A stretch of DNA of 64,000 bases from Candidatus Cloacimonadales bacterium (GCA_963678315.1 OY782781.1:1312001-1376000); one strand, 5' to 3'. Counted from the stretch's first letter, positions 50,541-60,533 are shown. Translations and numbers: made by a program. Notes: generated by a model from the letters alone, not told the origin.

Positions 50541-50643
50541 TCCTTACTGGCCTCTTTGAAAAAAGTTCGATTTTTCAAGGTGGCAAGTAAGGACGGAGTG
50601 ATGGAGTTAGGAGTTAGGAGTGAGGAGTGAGGAGTGAGGAGTT
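50541..50643. repeat. P1 palindrome, copy 4, plus about 7 heptamer repeats
   Basis: TCCTTACTGGCCTCTTTGAAAAA...TTTTTCAAGGTGGCAAGTAAGGA, then GGAGTTA/GGAGTGA repeats. Confidence 0.88.
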
Positions 50644-50650
50644 TTGTGTT

Positions 50651-51096
50651 TAGTCCCCAAGGGACGTCATATATTAGCATGGGGTCTTGTACCCCATGTA
50701 GTAGTTAAAAAATTAAATAGCCCTGGAAGGGCGACATAAAGGGTATGTCTATCTGCAAATAGGGAGATTTACCACGAAAAACACGAAGAACACGAAAATC
50801 AATCACATTATATAGACTATACATCCATAAAAACCCCGAAGGGGTGACATATACTAAGCATGGGGTCTTGTACCCCATGTAGTAGTTAAAAAATTAAATA
50901 GCCCTGGAAGGGCGACATAAAGGGTATGTCTATCTGCAAATAGGGAGATTTACCACGAAAAACACGAAGAACACGAAAATCAATCACATTATATAGACTA
51001 TACATCCATAAAAACCCTGAAGGAGTGGCATATACTTAGCATGGGCTACTATATCCCATGTATATAAGAATAAAATTAAGCCCTGAAAGCAACGAC
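50651..51096. repeat. Tandem array of a 181 bp multi-hairpin unit (about 2.5 copies)
   Basis: AGCATGGG recurs at 50676, 50857 and 51038; each full unit has three GC-rich hairpins and an ACACGAA triplet. Confidence 0.95.
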
Positions 51097-51165
51097 TTGC
51101 ACAAAAAAAAAGAGTATTGATTTGCATCAATACTCCATAATTTATAACTAAATACTTAACTAATT

Positions 51166-51630
51166 CTAGTCAGCGTAGAAGAAGATAGGTGCATCATTTT
51201 TACCATTGTTGATATCACCAAAGAAGTTTTCATTCATTTCAATTTCGAATGTTTCACTATTTGCGTATTGAGCAGTGATTTTAACTTTGTTGTCGTCAGT
51301 AACTTTGAATTTAGCGTAGTTGTAAATATAACCACCATAGTTAATAAGTTTAGATTGTGAAAAAACAACAAATGCTTTAGGGTTACCAACAGACATTGGT
51401 GCAAAATATTCCCATACATCAGCTCTCATTCCACCAATAGCGTTAGGTGCTTTTGCTTTAATTTCGTTGTTTGAGATTAATTGGCATTTACCATATTCTG
51501 CTACAACTTTAACATCTCTTCCTTCACGTAAGGCATCCATAATATCATCGAAACTTTTTAACTGTGTTGGTTTTGCAACTAAAACAACTAAAGACATAAT
51601 AAAAACAATCGATATAATAAACTTTTTCAT
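51166..51630 (-). CDS. Secreted VirK-like protein
   Basis: Signal peptide; L.SF..IMDAL..G..V.V..EY.KC pattern resembles VirK. Confidence 0.55.
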   Translation of the reverse strand: MKKFIISIVFIMSLVVLVAKPTQLKSFDDIMDALREGRDVKVVAEYGKCQLISNNEIKAKAPNAIGGMRADVWEYFAPMSVGNPKAFVVFSQSKLINYGGYIYNYAKFKVTDDNKVKITAQYANSETFEIEMNENFFGDINNGKNDAPIFFYAD

Positions 51631-51788
51631 TTATTCCTCCAATAGATTAATAAAGCAATAGAATATTAACACTGTTAATATGTCAATAGTTTTGTTGACT
51701 TTGTTTGATTTAGATTAGTAAAACCTGAATAAGATGGTGGAGATTTTAAGTCTTAGTCTTCTATTTTTCTATTACATAAAATAGTAAA

Positions 51789-52193
51789 TTAACTTCCAAA
51801 GATAATATTTATCTCTCTTATTGCACTTTCTTCAGAGTCAGAGGCATGAACAGCATTGTGTGATAAAGAGTCTGCAAATATGGCTCTTATAGTGCCAGCT
51901 TCTCTTTCGTTAGGATCAGTAGCCCCAATCAACTGTCTAAGTTTTGGAACTGCTTCCGAACTGTGATGAAGTTTAAGAGCGAAAGTACTATCAGAAGTCA
52001 TGAAGTCAACCAATCCCTTAAAGAAAGGCTTACCTATGTGTTCTTGGTAGAATTTATTGATAAGAGCTTGGTCGAATTTAAAAACTTTAATTGCTTTAAT
52101 TGTGAAGCCGGCCTTTTCAACCATAGAGATGATTTCTCCTACATTCTTATTTCTAACTGAATTTGGTTTAATGAGCATAAGAGTTTCTTGCAT
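51789..52193 (-). CDS. ndk: Nucleoside diphosphate kinase
   Basis: TLMLIKP, GATDP, GTIRA, NAVHASDS. Confidence 0.98.
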   Translation of the reverse strand: MQETLMLIKPNSVRNKNVGEIISMVEKAGFTIKAIKVFKFDQALINKFYQEHIGKPFFKGLVDFMTSDSTFALKLHHSSEAVPKLRQLIGATDPNEREAGTIRAIFADSLSHNAVHASDSEESAIREINIIFGS

Positions 52194-52278
52194 TGTAGTC
52201 CTCCAATATTAATTCATAAACAATATAATGAGTTTTGGGCAAAAGAAAAGGGCTGATTTCTCAGCCCTTCATAATGTA

Positions 52279-52602
52279 TTATTGTTCTAAAAAGTCCATT
52301 GCTGCGACTTTGATAGAAACATCTCTATCTAAGATTTCAGACATCTTAACTTTATGTTCCAAGACATCTTTCCAAATGTCGAGAACTTCATTTTGCTTAA
52401 ATTCTTTACCAGAGTAATCTTTAAGCATATCTACGTAGAAAGTATCACGATCTTTCTCAATTAAGACGATAATATATTTAAAACCAGTGCTTTTAACATC
52501 ATAGTCTTTATATCTTACATCTATTACACCATACCCTAACTTCAATAAACTATCAAAATTGATATCGAAATTCAGAATTTTTTCTGTCATTTTACCATCC
52601 AT
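52279..52602 (-). CDS. Small protein with DUF4032-like C-terminus
   Basis: W..VLEHK..MSE...RDV...AA.D pattern. Confidence 0.55.
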   Translation of the reverse strand: MDGKMTEKILNFDINFDSLLKLGYGVIDVRYKDYDVKSTGFKYIIVLIEKDRDTFYVDMLKDYSGKEFKQNEVLDIWKDVLEHKVKMSEILDRDVSIKVAAMDFLEQ

Positions 52603-52611
52603 AATAATTAA

Positions 52612-53973
52612 TTACTCAAGAATCAACCAATCATAATCGATTGTATGGAATGATTTCAAGTAACTTTCTTTCAGTTTTTTATGTTCAACAACTTTAGCAA
52701 CAGCTTCGTCAGCTTGTTCAATTTTACTTAAAGCTGCTAATCTTTTATTAACTTCAGCTTGTAAAGCAATCAACTTTTCCCAATCATTAGTTTTACTTTT
52801 GATTTCAGTTTTAAGTTTTGCTTTACCATTTTTAGCATTGTCATGTTTCATAATATCTGATTCAATACTAGATTCAATAACTGTTACTTTGTTAGCAAGA
52901 AGAGTTTTGAGGTTAGTATAATAATCAATATAAGTATCAACTTCATGTCTTTTATATTTTTCAGCTACGTACATTTCAAATTCTACAAGAGAAGTTTTAG
53001 TTTTTTCACCTAATTCAGGAATAGCTAAATCATATGTGTCAGGTTTCATCAATGCTTTAAATTCATTTTCTACACTGTTAAGAGTTTCTTCTTTTGAAGT
53101 AAGAGTCTCAATGCTTCTATCAAGTAATTTACGACCCAATTCAGAATATTCTTTCTTTTGACCAACAGTATAAATCTCATCTTGCATGTCATAAATGATT
53201 TGTGCACCTTCACTATCTTCACCGAAGTTAGGAGTAGTTGTTGCAACAATCATAGAGTCTGCAGTTAACTGATAATTGAAGAAATTACCTTTAACAAGAT
53301 CAACATCAACAAGATTAATATTGTTGAATGTTTTCATTTGTTTGCTGTTAAGAGTGAACATTCCTTCGCTACTATTTAAACCTTTTACAAGTTGAATAGT
53401 ATCAATAATATCATTAGTGAAAGTTTCTTGAACACCAGGTCTTAAGAATAAATTATAATTATTCTCAACAAGTTGATAATATTCATTGAATTTATCATTT
53501 TGTATATATTCAGCAAGTTCAGGAAGTTTTTCATAATCATAAGATAAAGAAATTAGCTCAACATTTTGCAAATACTGGTCAAACTTTTGTAAATAAGCTC
53601 TTTTAATAAGAGGTCTTACTTGGGTCTTATAGAAAAGGATGAAGTCCTTTTTCTTTGAGATGTTATCAAAGTAGTTAGTAAGGAATCTCTTCTCTAAATT
53701 AACGTACTTGTAGAAGTTATTGGTTTTAATAGCATAGTTTAAATCAGCATTTTGAAAAGCTTCTACATCGCTAACTTTTAAAGTATCGATTGCATAAACT
53801 TGGTCAAATGCTTTTAAAATGCTATTTACATTATCTTTCATTTCTCTAATTTTAGGTTGTACTTTATTAGCTTCACTGAATGGAACTGCAAATACAACAA
53901 TGATACCAACGATCATTACGATCATCAGGTATTCTACTAAAGAAAAGCTATGATCTTTTGTTTCTTTAGCCAT
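52612..53973 (-). CDS. Large type IV pilin/pseudopilin-like protein with coiled-coil region
   Basis: Short charged leader then FSLVEYLMIVMIVGIIVVFAVP (F+1, E+5, P+22). Confidence 0.6.
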   Translation of the reverse strand: MAKETKDHSFSLVEYLMIVMIVGIIVVFAVPFSEANKVQPKIREMKDNVNSILKAFDQVYAIDTLKVSDVEAFQNADLNYAIKTNNFYKYVNLEKRFLTNYFDNISKKKDFILFYKTQVRPLIKRAYLQKFDQYLQNVELISLSYDYEKLPELAEYIQNDKFNEYYQLVENNYNLFLRPGVQETFTNDIIDTIQLVKGLNSSEGMFTLNSKQMKTFNNINLVDVDLVKGNFFNYQLTADSMIVATTTPNFGEDSEGAQIIYDMQDEIYTVGQKKEYSELGRKLLDRSIETLTSKEETLNSVENEFKALMKPDTYDLAIPELGEKTKTSLVEFEMYVAEKYKRHEVDTYIDYYTNLKTLLANKVTVIESSIESDIMKHDNAKNGKAKLKTEIKSKTNDWEKLIALQAEVNKRLAALSKIEQADEAVAKVVEHKKLKESYLKSFHTIDYDWLILE

Positions 53974-54184
53974 TTTTCCTCCAAAAGAATTTTCATATTA
54001 ATCAAAATCACCATATACACACATTTTGTCAAAGACTTTTTTGTTCAATAATGAATAAGCAGTTTATTTTAGTAAAAGTATCTACTAACTTGAAATTGAT
54101 TGTCAATTTATTTATGGACAAATATGAAAAAAGATTTTGTTTGTAGCTGAATTATATTTGAAATAATAATGTTTTGGAGTTTAA

Positions 54185-55096
54185 GTGAATTATCAAGAAC
54201 TAATCGAAAGCTGCTATGCTTTTATAAAAGGAATAGAACCAGTAGGTAAGGTCGCTTCATATATACCTGAATTGAGTAAGACCGATCCAAATATGTTTGG
54301 AGTCCATTTGCTAACAACATCAAATGAGAATTTCTACTTAGGTTATAATGAAATAGATTTTTCAGTACAGAGTATTGTAAAAGTGCTTGCCTTAACTTAT
54401 GCTCTTGAGATAGAACAAGAAAATGTGTGGAAGAGAGTTAATATGGAACCTTCAGGCAATCCTTTCAACTCGGTTGTGCAATTAGAGTACGAGTGTGGTG
54501 TTCCTCGTAATCCATTCATTAATGCAGGAGCTATAGTTATTTGTGATATATTGTATAGTCATCTCAACAATCCTGCGAAAGACTTTTTAAAATTCGTTAA
54601 GAAGTTATGTCAGAATAATAATATTTCTTACAATGCTAAGATTGCTAAATCAGAAAAGAAACATGGCTATAGAAACTATGCACTTGCTAACTTCATGAAG
54701 TCATTTGGCAATATTAAGAATGATATTGACGAAGTTATGGATTTTTACTTCTTGATATGCTCATTAGAACTTAGCTGTAAAGATTTAGCCAACTCATTCA
54801 TATTATTTGCAAACAGCGGAAAGCTTTTATCTGGCGAGAGAATAATCTCCAAAAGCAAATCTAAGCGGATAAATGCAATTATGCAGACCTGTGGCTTTTA
54901 CGATGAAGCAGGCTTATTCTCATATCGTGTGGGTTTACCTGGTAAAAGTGGGGTAGGAGGTGGAATTATTGCAGTTCATCCTGGATTATATTCTATTGCA
55001 GTTTGGAGTCCTAGGTTGAATGATAAAGGAAATTCTTATCTTGGACTTAAGTTCTTAGAAGAGTTCACAACTCTTTCAGGTGCTTCAATATTCTAG
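54185..55096 (+). CDS. glsA: Glutaminase
   Basis: GKVASYIPEL, SVQSIVK, EPSGNPFN, PGKSGVGGGI. Confidence 0.97.
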   Translation: MNYQELIESCYAFIKGIEPVGKVASYIPELSKTDPNMFGVHLLTTSNENFYLGYNEIDFSVQSIVKVLALTYALEIEQENVWKRVNMEPSGNPFNSVVQLEYECGVPRNPFINAGAIVICDILYSHLNNPAKDFLKFVKKLCQNNNISYNAKIAKSEKKHGYRNYALANFMKSFGNIKNDIDEVMDFYFLICSLELSCKDLANSFILFANSGKLLSGERIISKSKSKRINAIMQTCGFYDEAGLFSYRVGLPGKSGVGGGIIAVHPGLYSIAVWSPRLNDKGNSYLGLKFLEEFTTLSGASIF

Positions 55097-55168
55097 ATTA
55101 GAGTAAATCATAATTTGTTTATATAAAATAATTAAATATTATATCAAAAAAAGTTAGATGGAGTTAAA

Positions 55169-55747
55169 ATGAAACTAAAATTAATCTTGATTGGTTTAGG
55201 ACTGGTATTGGGGGCAGTATATTTATCTGCATGTTGTGGTTCAACAAAATGTTCAACACCACACCATAAACACAGCTTTTATGAACACAGTGCAACATCA
55301 ATTGATGGTAAAGAAATCTCTATGGAAGAATATAAAGGAAAAGTAGTCTTAGTTGTAAATACAGCAAGTAACTGTGGTTTTACTTCTCAATATGAAGGAT
55401 TACAAGAATTGTATTCTAAGTATAAAGATAAAGGACTAGTAATATTAGGTTTCCCATGCAATCAATTTGCAGGTCAAGAACCTGGAACAAATGAAGAGAT
55501 AGTTCAATTCTGTCAAAAAAACTATGGAGTTGAATTCCCAATGTTTAGTAAAATAGATGTTAATGGAGAATATACACATCCTCTTTATATCTATCTTAAA
55601 GATGAAAAGTCTGGAGTTGGTGGTAAGTCTATCAAATGGAACTTTACAAAGTTTCTAGTTGATAGAGAAGGTCATGTTGTAGAAAGATTTGGTACAGCAA
55701 AGACACCAGAAAGTATAGAAAAGAATATATTAGAACTTCTAAACTAA
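55169..55747 (+). CDS. Cys-type glutathione peroxidase, predicted lipoprotein
   Basis: [15 protein letters not shown] and WNFTKFL motifs; lipobox LSAC. Confidence 0.95.
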   Translation: MKLKLILIGLGLVLGAVYLSACCGSTKCSTPHHKHSFYEHSATSIDGKEISMEEYKGKVVLVVNTASNCGFTSQYEGLQELYSKYKDKGLVILGFPCNQFAGQEPGTNEEIVQFCQKNYGVEFPMFSKIDVNGEYTHPLYIYLKDEKSGVGGKSIKWNFTKFLVDREGHVVERFGTAKTPESIEKNILELLN

Positions 55748-55759
55748 ATGTACATAGAC

Positions 55760-55801
55760 AAAAGCAAGATAGTTTATTGAATACTCTATCTTGCTTTTTT
55801 T
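55760..55801. terminator. Bidirectional terminator
   Basis: AAAAGCAAGATAG...CTATCTTGCTTTTTT. Confidence 0.8.
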
Positions 55802-55839
55802 ATCTATTTGAATTATTCTAAATTTACCTAAAGCCTTAT

Positions 55840-58149
55840 CTAGGTTAAATGCTTATGGATAATTTGTTCAATATCGGACACTCTTACAGGTTTAGTTAAG
55901 AAACCATTCATTCCGCAAATAGTTGCTTTTTCCTTAAATTCATCAAGTACATTTCCAGTAACAGCAATTATTGTTGATTTAATTCCTCTATTTCGAATAA
56001 CTTTTGTTAGTTCGAAGCCTGACATTTCTGGCATTTGAATATCCATAAATATTAAATCATAATCTCTTTTATCTAGTAATTTAAGGCATTCTCGCCAATG
56101 ACTAGCAATATCTGCTCTAAGCTCAAATCTTTCTAGTATTCTACAAAGTACCTTTTGGTTTATTTTGTTATCTTCAACAATGAGTATTTTTGAATTTAAC
56201 TTAACAAATAAATCTTGTATATCAGATGAGCTTTCTTCATTATTTACTTTATTAGATAACTTTTTATGTTTAGAAAGCTTAAATCTAACATCGAAATAGA
56301 AGTGTGAACCAGAATTGTTATTTTTGGGATATGGAGACTGAACAATAATTTCAGAACCCATTAAATGTACTAGTTTTTGGCTAATAGATAAACCTAATCC
56401 TGTTCCTTCAATCTTCTTGGTTAAACTATCATCTACTTGTTCAAAGGCATTAAAAATTGAAGCCAGCTTCTTCTCTGGAACACCAATACCTGTATCAATG
56501 AATGAAAATCTAACTGCAATGGACTTCTTTTCTATTTTACGTGTTTTAACTATAAATTCAACTTTGCCTTCTCTAGTGTATTTTATGCTATTGCCCAAAA
56601 TATTGTAAGTAATTTTTTGCAGTGCACCTTCATCAGCAGTTATATAGATGTTTTTATCCAACTTAAAATCAGTGGTAAACTTGAGTTTTTTATGCTGTGC
56701 TTTAAATCTAAACAACTTACTGATTTTTGAACAGAAGTCGTAAAGGTTGAATTCAGTTTCATGAAGCTTTACCGAATCATTATATAACTTAGAAAAGTCT
56801 AGAAGCTCATTTATTAATTGATATAAAAGGTTTGCAGAAGAAGAGATAGTCTCTGTATATTCTTGCTGGAGTGGAGTTAAATTAGTTTCATTCAACATTT
56901 CACTAATAGATAAAATACCATTAAGTGGTGTTCTAAAGTCATGTGATACGTTGGCTATGAATATATCCTTAGCTTTATTAGCACGTTCACTTTTATCTCT
57001 TTCTATTACTATTTCTTTAGTATAATCTCTTCTTTGTGACTGAGTAGCAAGAAATTCATTAAACCACTTTTGTAGATCACCAATTTCATCATCACTTACG
57101 ACTTTAAAAGGCTCAGGCTCTTTGTCGTCATTATCAATAAAATTCTTATACTTGTCTTTTATAAGTGAAATTGGTTTTAATAATCTTTTGGAAAAAAGAC
57201 TAAACATACCAAAAGATGTTAGGATTAGAATCAAAACATAGCCAAGAGTAAGAAGAAGCATGTCGAAGTGATTTTCTCTAATATATTTCTCATCAACTAT
57301 CACAAGTACTTTGAAGTAATCACTCCTTATATTTGATTCAATAGCTAGTCCATCAAAATCATTACTGTTTATATACTTATTTATGTTGTAAATATTGACT
57401 TGTCTGTTTTCATCTTTGGATTTAGGGTCTAAGTCTGAGTAATTTTTATAGATTATGTTATCATACTTATCTAATACTAAAGTCCTATATTTAGAAATAT
57501 ATCCATTAGAAAAAATATTATTATATCTATCTAATGAAAGCTGGATAATGATTTTTCCCATAAGATAATAGTCTTTCTCATTTTTATCAAAATTATATAC
57601 ATTGGATATTATCGAAAGACAATCTGTCTTGCTGTCTTCAATAGAACGATTTTTCCCTATCCATATCTTTTGATTAATTCCTTTTGTATTGTAAAACTTA
57701 AGATGTTCTTCAGGAATTTCGATATCTCGGACACTAGATCTTGGATTGAAGTAATAACTGTTTCCGTTTAGTGAAACTATACTTATTGACATTAGATTAG
57801 GTAAATTGTAGATTGATGATAGTTTTGTAGATATCTCAGACCTGTGCAACATTGTATTATAGTTGTTTGATGGTTTATCTATTTCTAGTAAAAGAGATTT
57901 TACTTCTTGCGAATTAGAAAATTCGGTAACAAGGTCTTCAATATTTGATAGGTTACAATTTAGATTAGATACCTTCTCGTCAAGTGTTGATTGTACTAAG
58001 TTAGAAAGGTCATTTCTTACTGACTCCTCACTGAAATAAAAGACAGCAATACTTACAATAATTGAAGGAATTATTGCTAGAAGTAAAAAGTATCCAAAAA
58101 ATCTAGTGTATAATTTAGTCTTGAATAGTTTCTTTAGTAATAATTTCAT
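55840..58149 (-). CDS. Membrane hybrid sensor histidine kinase (extracytoplasmic sensor, HAMP, HisKA, HATPase, receiver)
   Basis: Two TM segments, DEIG, SHDFRTPLN, GNSIKYT, DTGIG, GTGLGL, IFMDIQMP. Confidence 0.95.
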   Translation of the reverse strand: MKLLLKKLFKTKLYTRFFGYFLLLAIIPSIIVSIAVFYFSEESVRNDLSNLVQSTLDEKVSNLNCNLSNIEDLVTEFSNSQEVKSLLLEIDKPSNNYNTMLHRSEISTKLSSIYNLPNLMSISIVSLNGNSYYFNPRSSVRDIEIPEEHLKFYNTKGINQKIWIGKNRSIEDSKTDCLSIISNVYNFDKNEKDYYLMGKIIIQLSLDRYNNIFSNGYISKYRTLVLDKYDNIIYKNYSDLDPKSKDENRQVNIYNINKYINSNDFDGLAIESNIRSDYFKVLVIVDEKYIRENHFDMLLLTLGYVLILILTSFGMFSLFSKRLLKPISLIKDKYKNFIDNDDKEPEPFKVVSDDEIGDLQKWFNEFLATQSQRRDYTKEIVIERDKSERANKAKDIFIANVSHDFRTPLNGILSISEMLNETNLTPLQQEYTETISSSANLLYQLINELLDFSKLYNDSVKLHETEFNLYDFCSKISKLFRFKAQHKKLKFTTDFKLDKNIYITADEGALQKITYNILGNSIKYTREGKVEFIVKTRKIEKKSIAVRFSFIDTGIGVPEKKLASIFNAFEQVDDSLTKKIEGTGLGLSISQKLVHLMGSEIIVQSPYPKNNNSGSHFYFDVRFKLSKHKKLSNKVNNEESSSDIQDLFVKLNSKILIVEDNKINQKVLCRILERFELRADIASHWRECLKLLDKRDYDLIFMDIQMPEMSGFELTKVIRNRGIKSTIIAVTGNVLDEFKEKATICGMNGFLTKPVRVSDIEQIIHKHLT

Positions 58150-59080
58150 ATTTTACGTTTCTGCTTTTTGCTTCTCGATTTAGGATAAGATTATGTAACT
58201 CTTGCAAGCTTTGGTAACCCATTTGATATTGATTTTGGTAAACTGTAGCTGACATAGGACCATCTCTAAGTAAAGGCTTAATATCATCTATGGCATCAAA
58301 ACCGATAACTTTAACATTATTGATATTGTTTTCTTCGAGATATTCACTTATTCCAAGAGCCATCATGTCATTAGCTGAGATAATTACATCAATTTTAGCA
58401 TAATGATGAAAAATATCATCAATAAGATCTTTAGCTTCTTTTAACATCCAATTTGCGGACTGGCTATGTATTATTTTTACATTACTTAATTCATTACATG
58501 CCCTCAGATAGCCTTGCTTTCTTTCTTTATTGGTATTGCTATTAATAATTCCTTCGATAATTACAACATTTGTGGGTGATTTTATATCTTTTAAGACTGT
58601 CTTTGCAACATCATAAGCTGCTGCTTCATTATCGATTGTAATATAGGCAATATCACAAACATTATATTTTTCACATAATATCTCATCAAATCTGCTATCA
58701 ACACAGACAATCTTGATTCCTTTCTTTTGAGCTTTTCTTATTAAAGGAATTAGGGTGTAAACATCAATAGGGGATACAATAATACCCTCAACTTCTTCAT
58801 TGATAAGCTTCTTAACTGCAATGACTTGTGACGAACTAGCCGTATCAATGTTTCCATATTGAATTAACAGCTCATAATTCATTTTTTCAGCTGCATCACG
58901 AACGCCTTTTTCTAGTTCAATAAAGAAGGGGCTTGTAATTGTTTTTAAAACCAAACCAACTTTTGGAAGTTTTTTGTCTTCAATCAAATCAGCCTTTTTC
59001 TTATTAGGAAGTATAAGAATGAAAATAGTTATAAAAACTAACGTTACAATAGCGACAAATAATAATCTGTTTTTTTTCAT
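58115..59080 (-). CDS. RbsB-like sugar-binding protein
   Basis: TITSPFF, IVSPID, ANDMMALG, IGFDA, ATVYQ; N-terminal TM anchor. Confidence 0.9.
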   Translation of the reverse strand: MKKNRLLFVAIVTLVFITIFILILPNKKKADLIEDKKLPKVGLVLKTITSPFFIELEKGVRDAAEKMNYELLIQYGNIDTASSSQVIAVKKLINEEVEGIIVSPIDVYTLIPLIRKAQKKGIKIVCVDSRFDEILCEKYNVCDIAYITIDNEAAAYDVAKTVLKDIKSPTNVVIIEGIINSNTNKERKQGYLRACNELSNVKIIHSQSANWMLKEAKDLIDDIFHHYAKIDVIISANDMMALGISEYLEENNINNVKVIGFDAIDDIKPLLRDGPMSATVYQNQYQMGYQSLQELHNLILNREAKSRNVKYEIITKETIQD

Positions 59081-59327
59081 TCATAACTCCTATTCTTTAA
59101 CTCTTTACAAATTTATACATGATTGACAAAGCTTGTCAAACAAAAAAATAAAAAAGTTCCCTTTATATGTCTAATCTCATGAAATAGTAAAATTCTTTAT
59201 AATAATTAGTTAAGTTAATAGAATGACCATCAGTATAAATTTATTACAAAACAAAGTAAGAAAACTATTGACAGAATAACAGGATTGTTTAAAAAAGTAC
59301 TACCTTTAAGGATAAGTAAGCCAAGCT

Positions 59328-59404
59328 GGGGGTGTAGTTCAGTTGGTTAGAACGTCTGCCTGTCACGCAGAAGGTCGCGAGTTCGAGTCCCGTCACTCCC
59401 GCCA
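59328..59404 (+). tRNA. tRNA-Asp (GTC)
   Basis: GGGGGTG acceptor pairs with CACTCCC; anticodon arm TCTGC-CTGTCAC-GCAGA; TTCGAGT loop; encoded CCA. Confidence 0.97.
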
Positions 59405-59515
59405 GTTTATTTATCCTTAGAGGTTTTTTTTATGCATTTTTTTTTCAACATTTTAAGCCGAACTAAGGCAGAGTATTCCCAGTAAATCCATTTTCTTTCC
59501 AGAGGTAATTAATTT

Positions 59516-59673
59516 AAACGAACGGCTGTTTGTCTCTACAATAACTCCTCATGCTACACGCTTTTAGGCGTATGCCATACGCCCCTACAAGTCCACTCCT
59601 CACTTTCACTCCTAACTGCCTATGTGCTCTTGCCCCACCTGCATAAAAAGGCAATTTAATGCAGGAGGCTAGT
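59516..59673. repeat. REP-like cluster after the tRNA (GTAG-type hairpins, heptamers, P2 copy 2)
   Basis: GGCGTATGCCATACGCCCCTAC at 59567; ...TGTCTCTACA; CACTCCT repeats; CCTGCAT...ATGCAGGAGGCTAGT. Confidence 0.75.
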
Positions 59674-59685
59674 GGGAATAAGTTA

Positions 59686-59901
59686 AACCCAAATAAAGCA
59701 CTAGGATTTAAAAAATAGCACTATATTATTCCTGTGAGGGCGTAGCTTTAGCGAAGACTCATGGCAAGAATAACTTCCATAATCTCAACTAGAATATATA
59801 TTATTCAAGCTTCGATTCTGTAAGATATTTTGCTGAAAGACCGTGTCCGGCTTAGACGGAATCTGCACTATTTTCATAAAGCCTAATGCATCATCTAGGT
59901 T
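59686..59901. mobile_element. MITE-like element, copy 2, carrying a 20 bp insertion
   Basis: Near-identical to 24675-24869 except for CCGTGTCCGGCTTAGACGGA at 59841-59860. Confidence 0.78.
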
Positions 59902-59926
59902 GAATTTTTAAGATGTTGGTAAATAT

Positions 59927-60364
59927 TTAGAGGGTCTTTTTCTCTTCAAAAACTAGAAGGGTTTCTGTTTTATTGATATATTTAAAAGAGGTTAAATGTT
60001 CAATCAAGAATTGCTGTAGTTCTTTATTATCTTTGGTATAAACTTTTATCATATAATCGTATTGACCTGAAATATGATAGAGCTCGGTTACTTGAGGAAG
60101 TTGAATTACATGAGTTATAAAGTTATCGATTATTTCTCTGTTATGTTTTGATAATGATATCTGAATTAATGCTGTAGTAGTAAAGCCTAGTTCATTGTAG
60201 TTTAGGTTTGCAGAATAGCCTGTAATAATATTCTTGTCCTCTAATTTCTTTACCCTTTCTAAGGTTGAAGAAGGGGTTAACCCAATCAACTCAGACAACT
60301 TTTTGTTACTTATTCTTCCATTATTCTTTAGAATTTCAATAATCTTTAAATCTATATTATCCAT
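59927..60364 (-). CDS. Lrp/AsnC family regulator
   Basis: Probable start MDNIDLKII at 60364 (AGGAG RBS); NGRIS...RVKKLE..IITGY; ISGQYDY. Confidence 0.95.
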   Translation of the reverse strand: MDNIDLKIIEILKNNGRISNKKLSELIGLTPSSTLERVKKLEDKNIITGYSANLNYNELGFTTTALIQISLSKHNREIIDNFITHVIQLPQVTELYHISGQYDYMIKVYTKDNKELQQFLIEHLTSFKYINKTETLLVFEEKKTL

Positions 60365-60533
60365 TAAAATCTCCTTTTGTCCGTATATAATTCCTAGCAT
60401 TAGAAAATATGTCAAATAATATTTGCCAAATAATTTTAAATATAATATTTTGTTCGGGTATTAAGTTACCGAAGAAAGTAATAACAAATACTTATAAAAA
60501 CCTATAAAATATATTAGATTCAAAGGAGTCAAT

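Noticed and set aside
50651..51096. CRISPR array or coding repeat
   Set aside because: The whole 181 bp unit repeats with no unique spacers; the period is not a multiple of 3 and there is no ORF
55169..55747. Selenocysteine recoding in the peroxidase
   Set aside because: The active-site codon is TGT and the frame is uninterrupted
59328..59404. tRNA-anchored genomic island
   Set aside because: No duplicate of the tRNA 3' end and no integrase seen in the window
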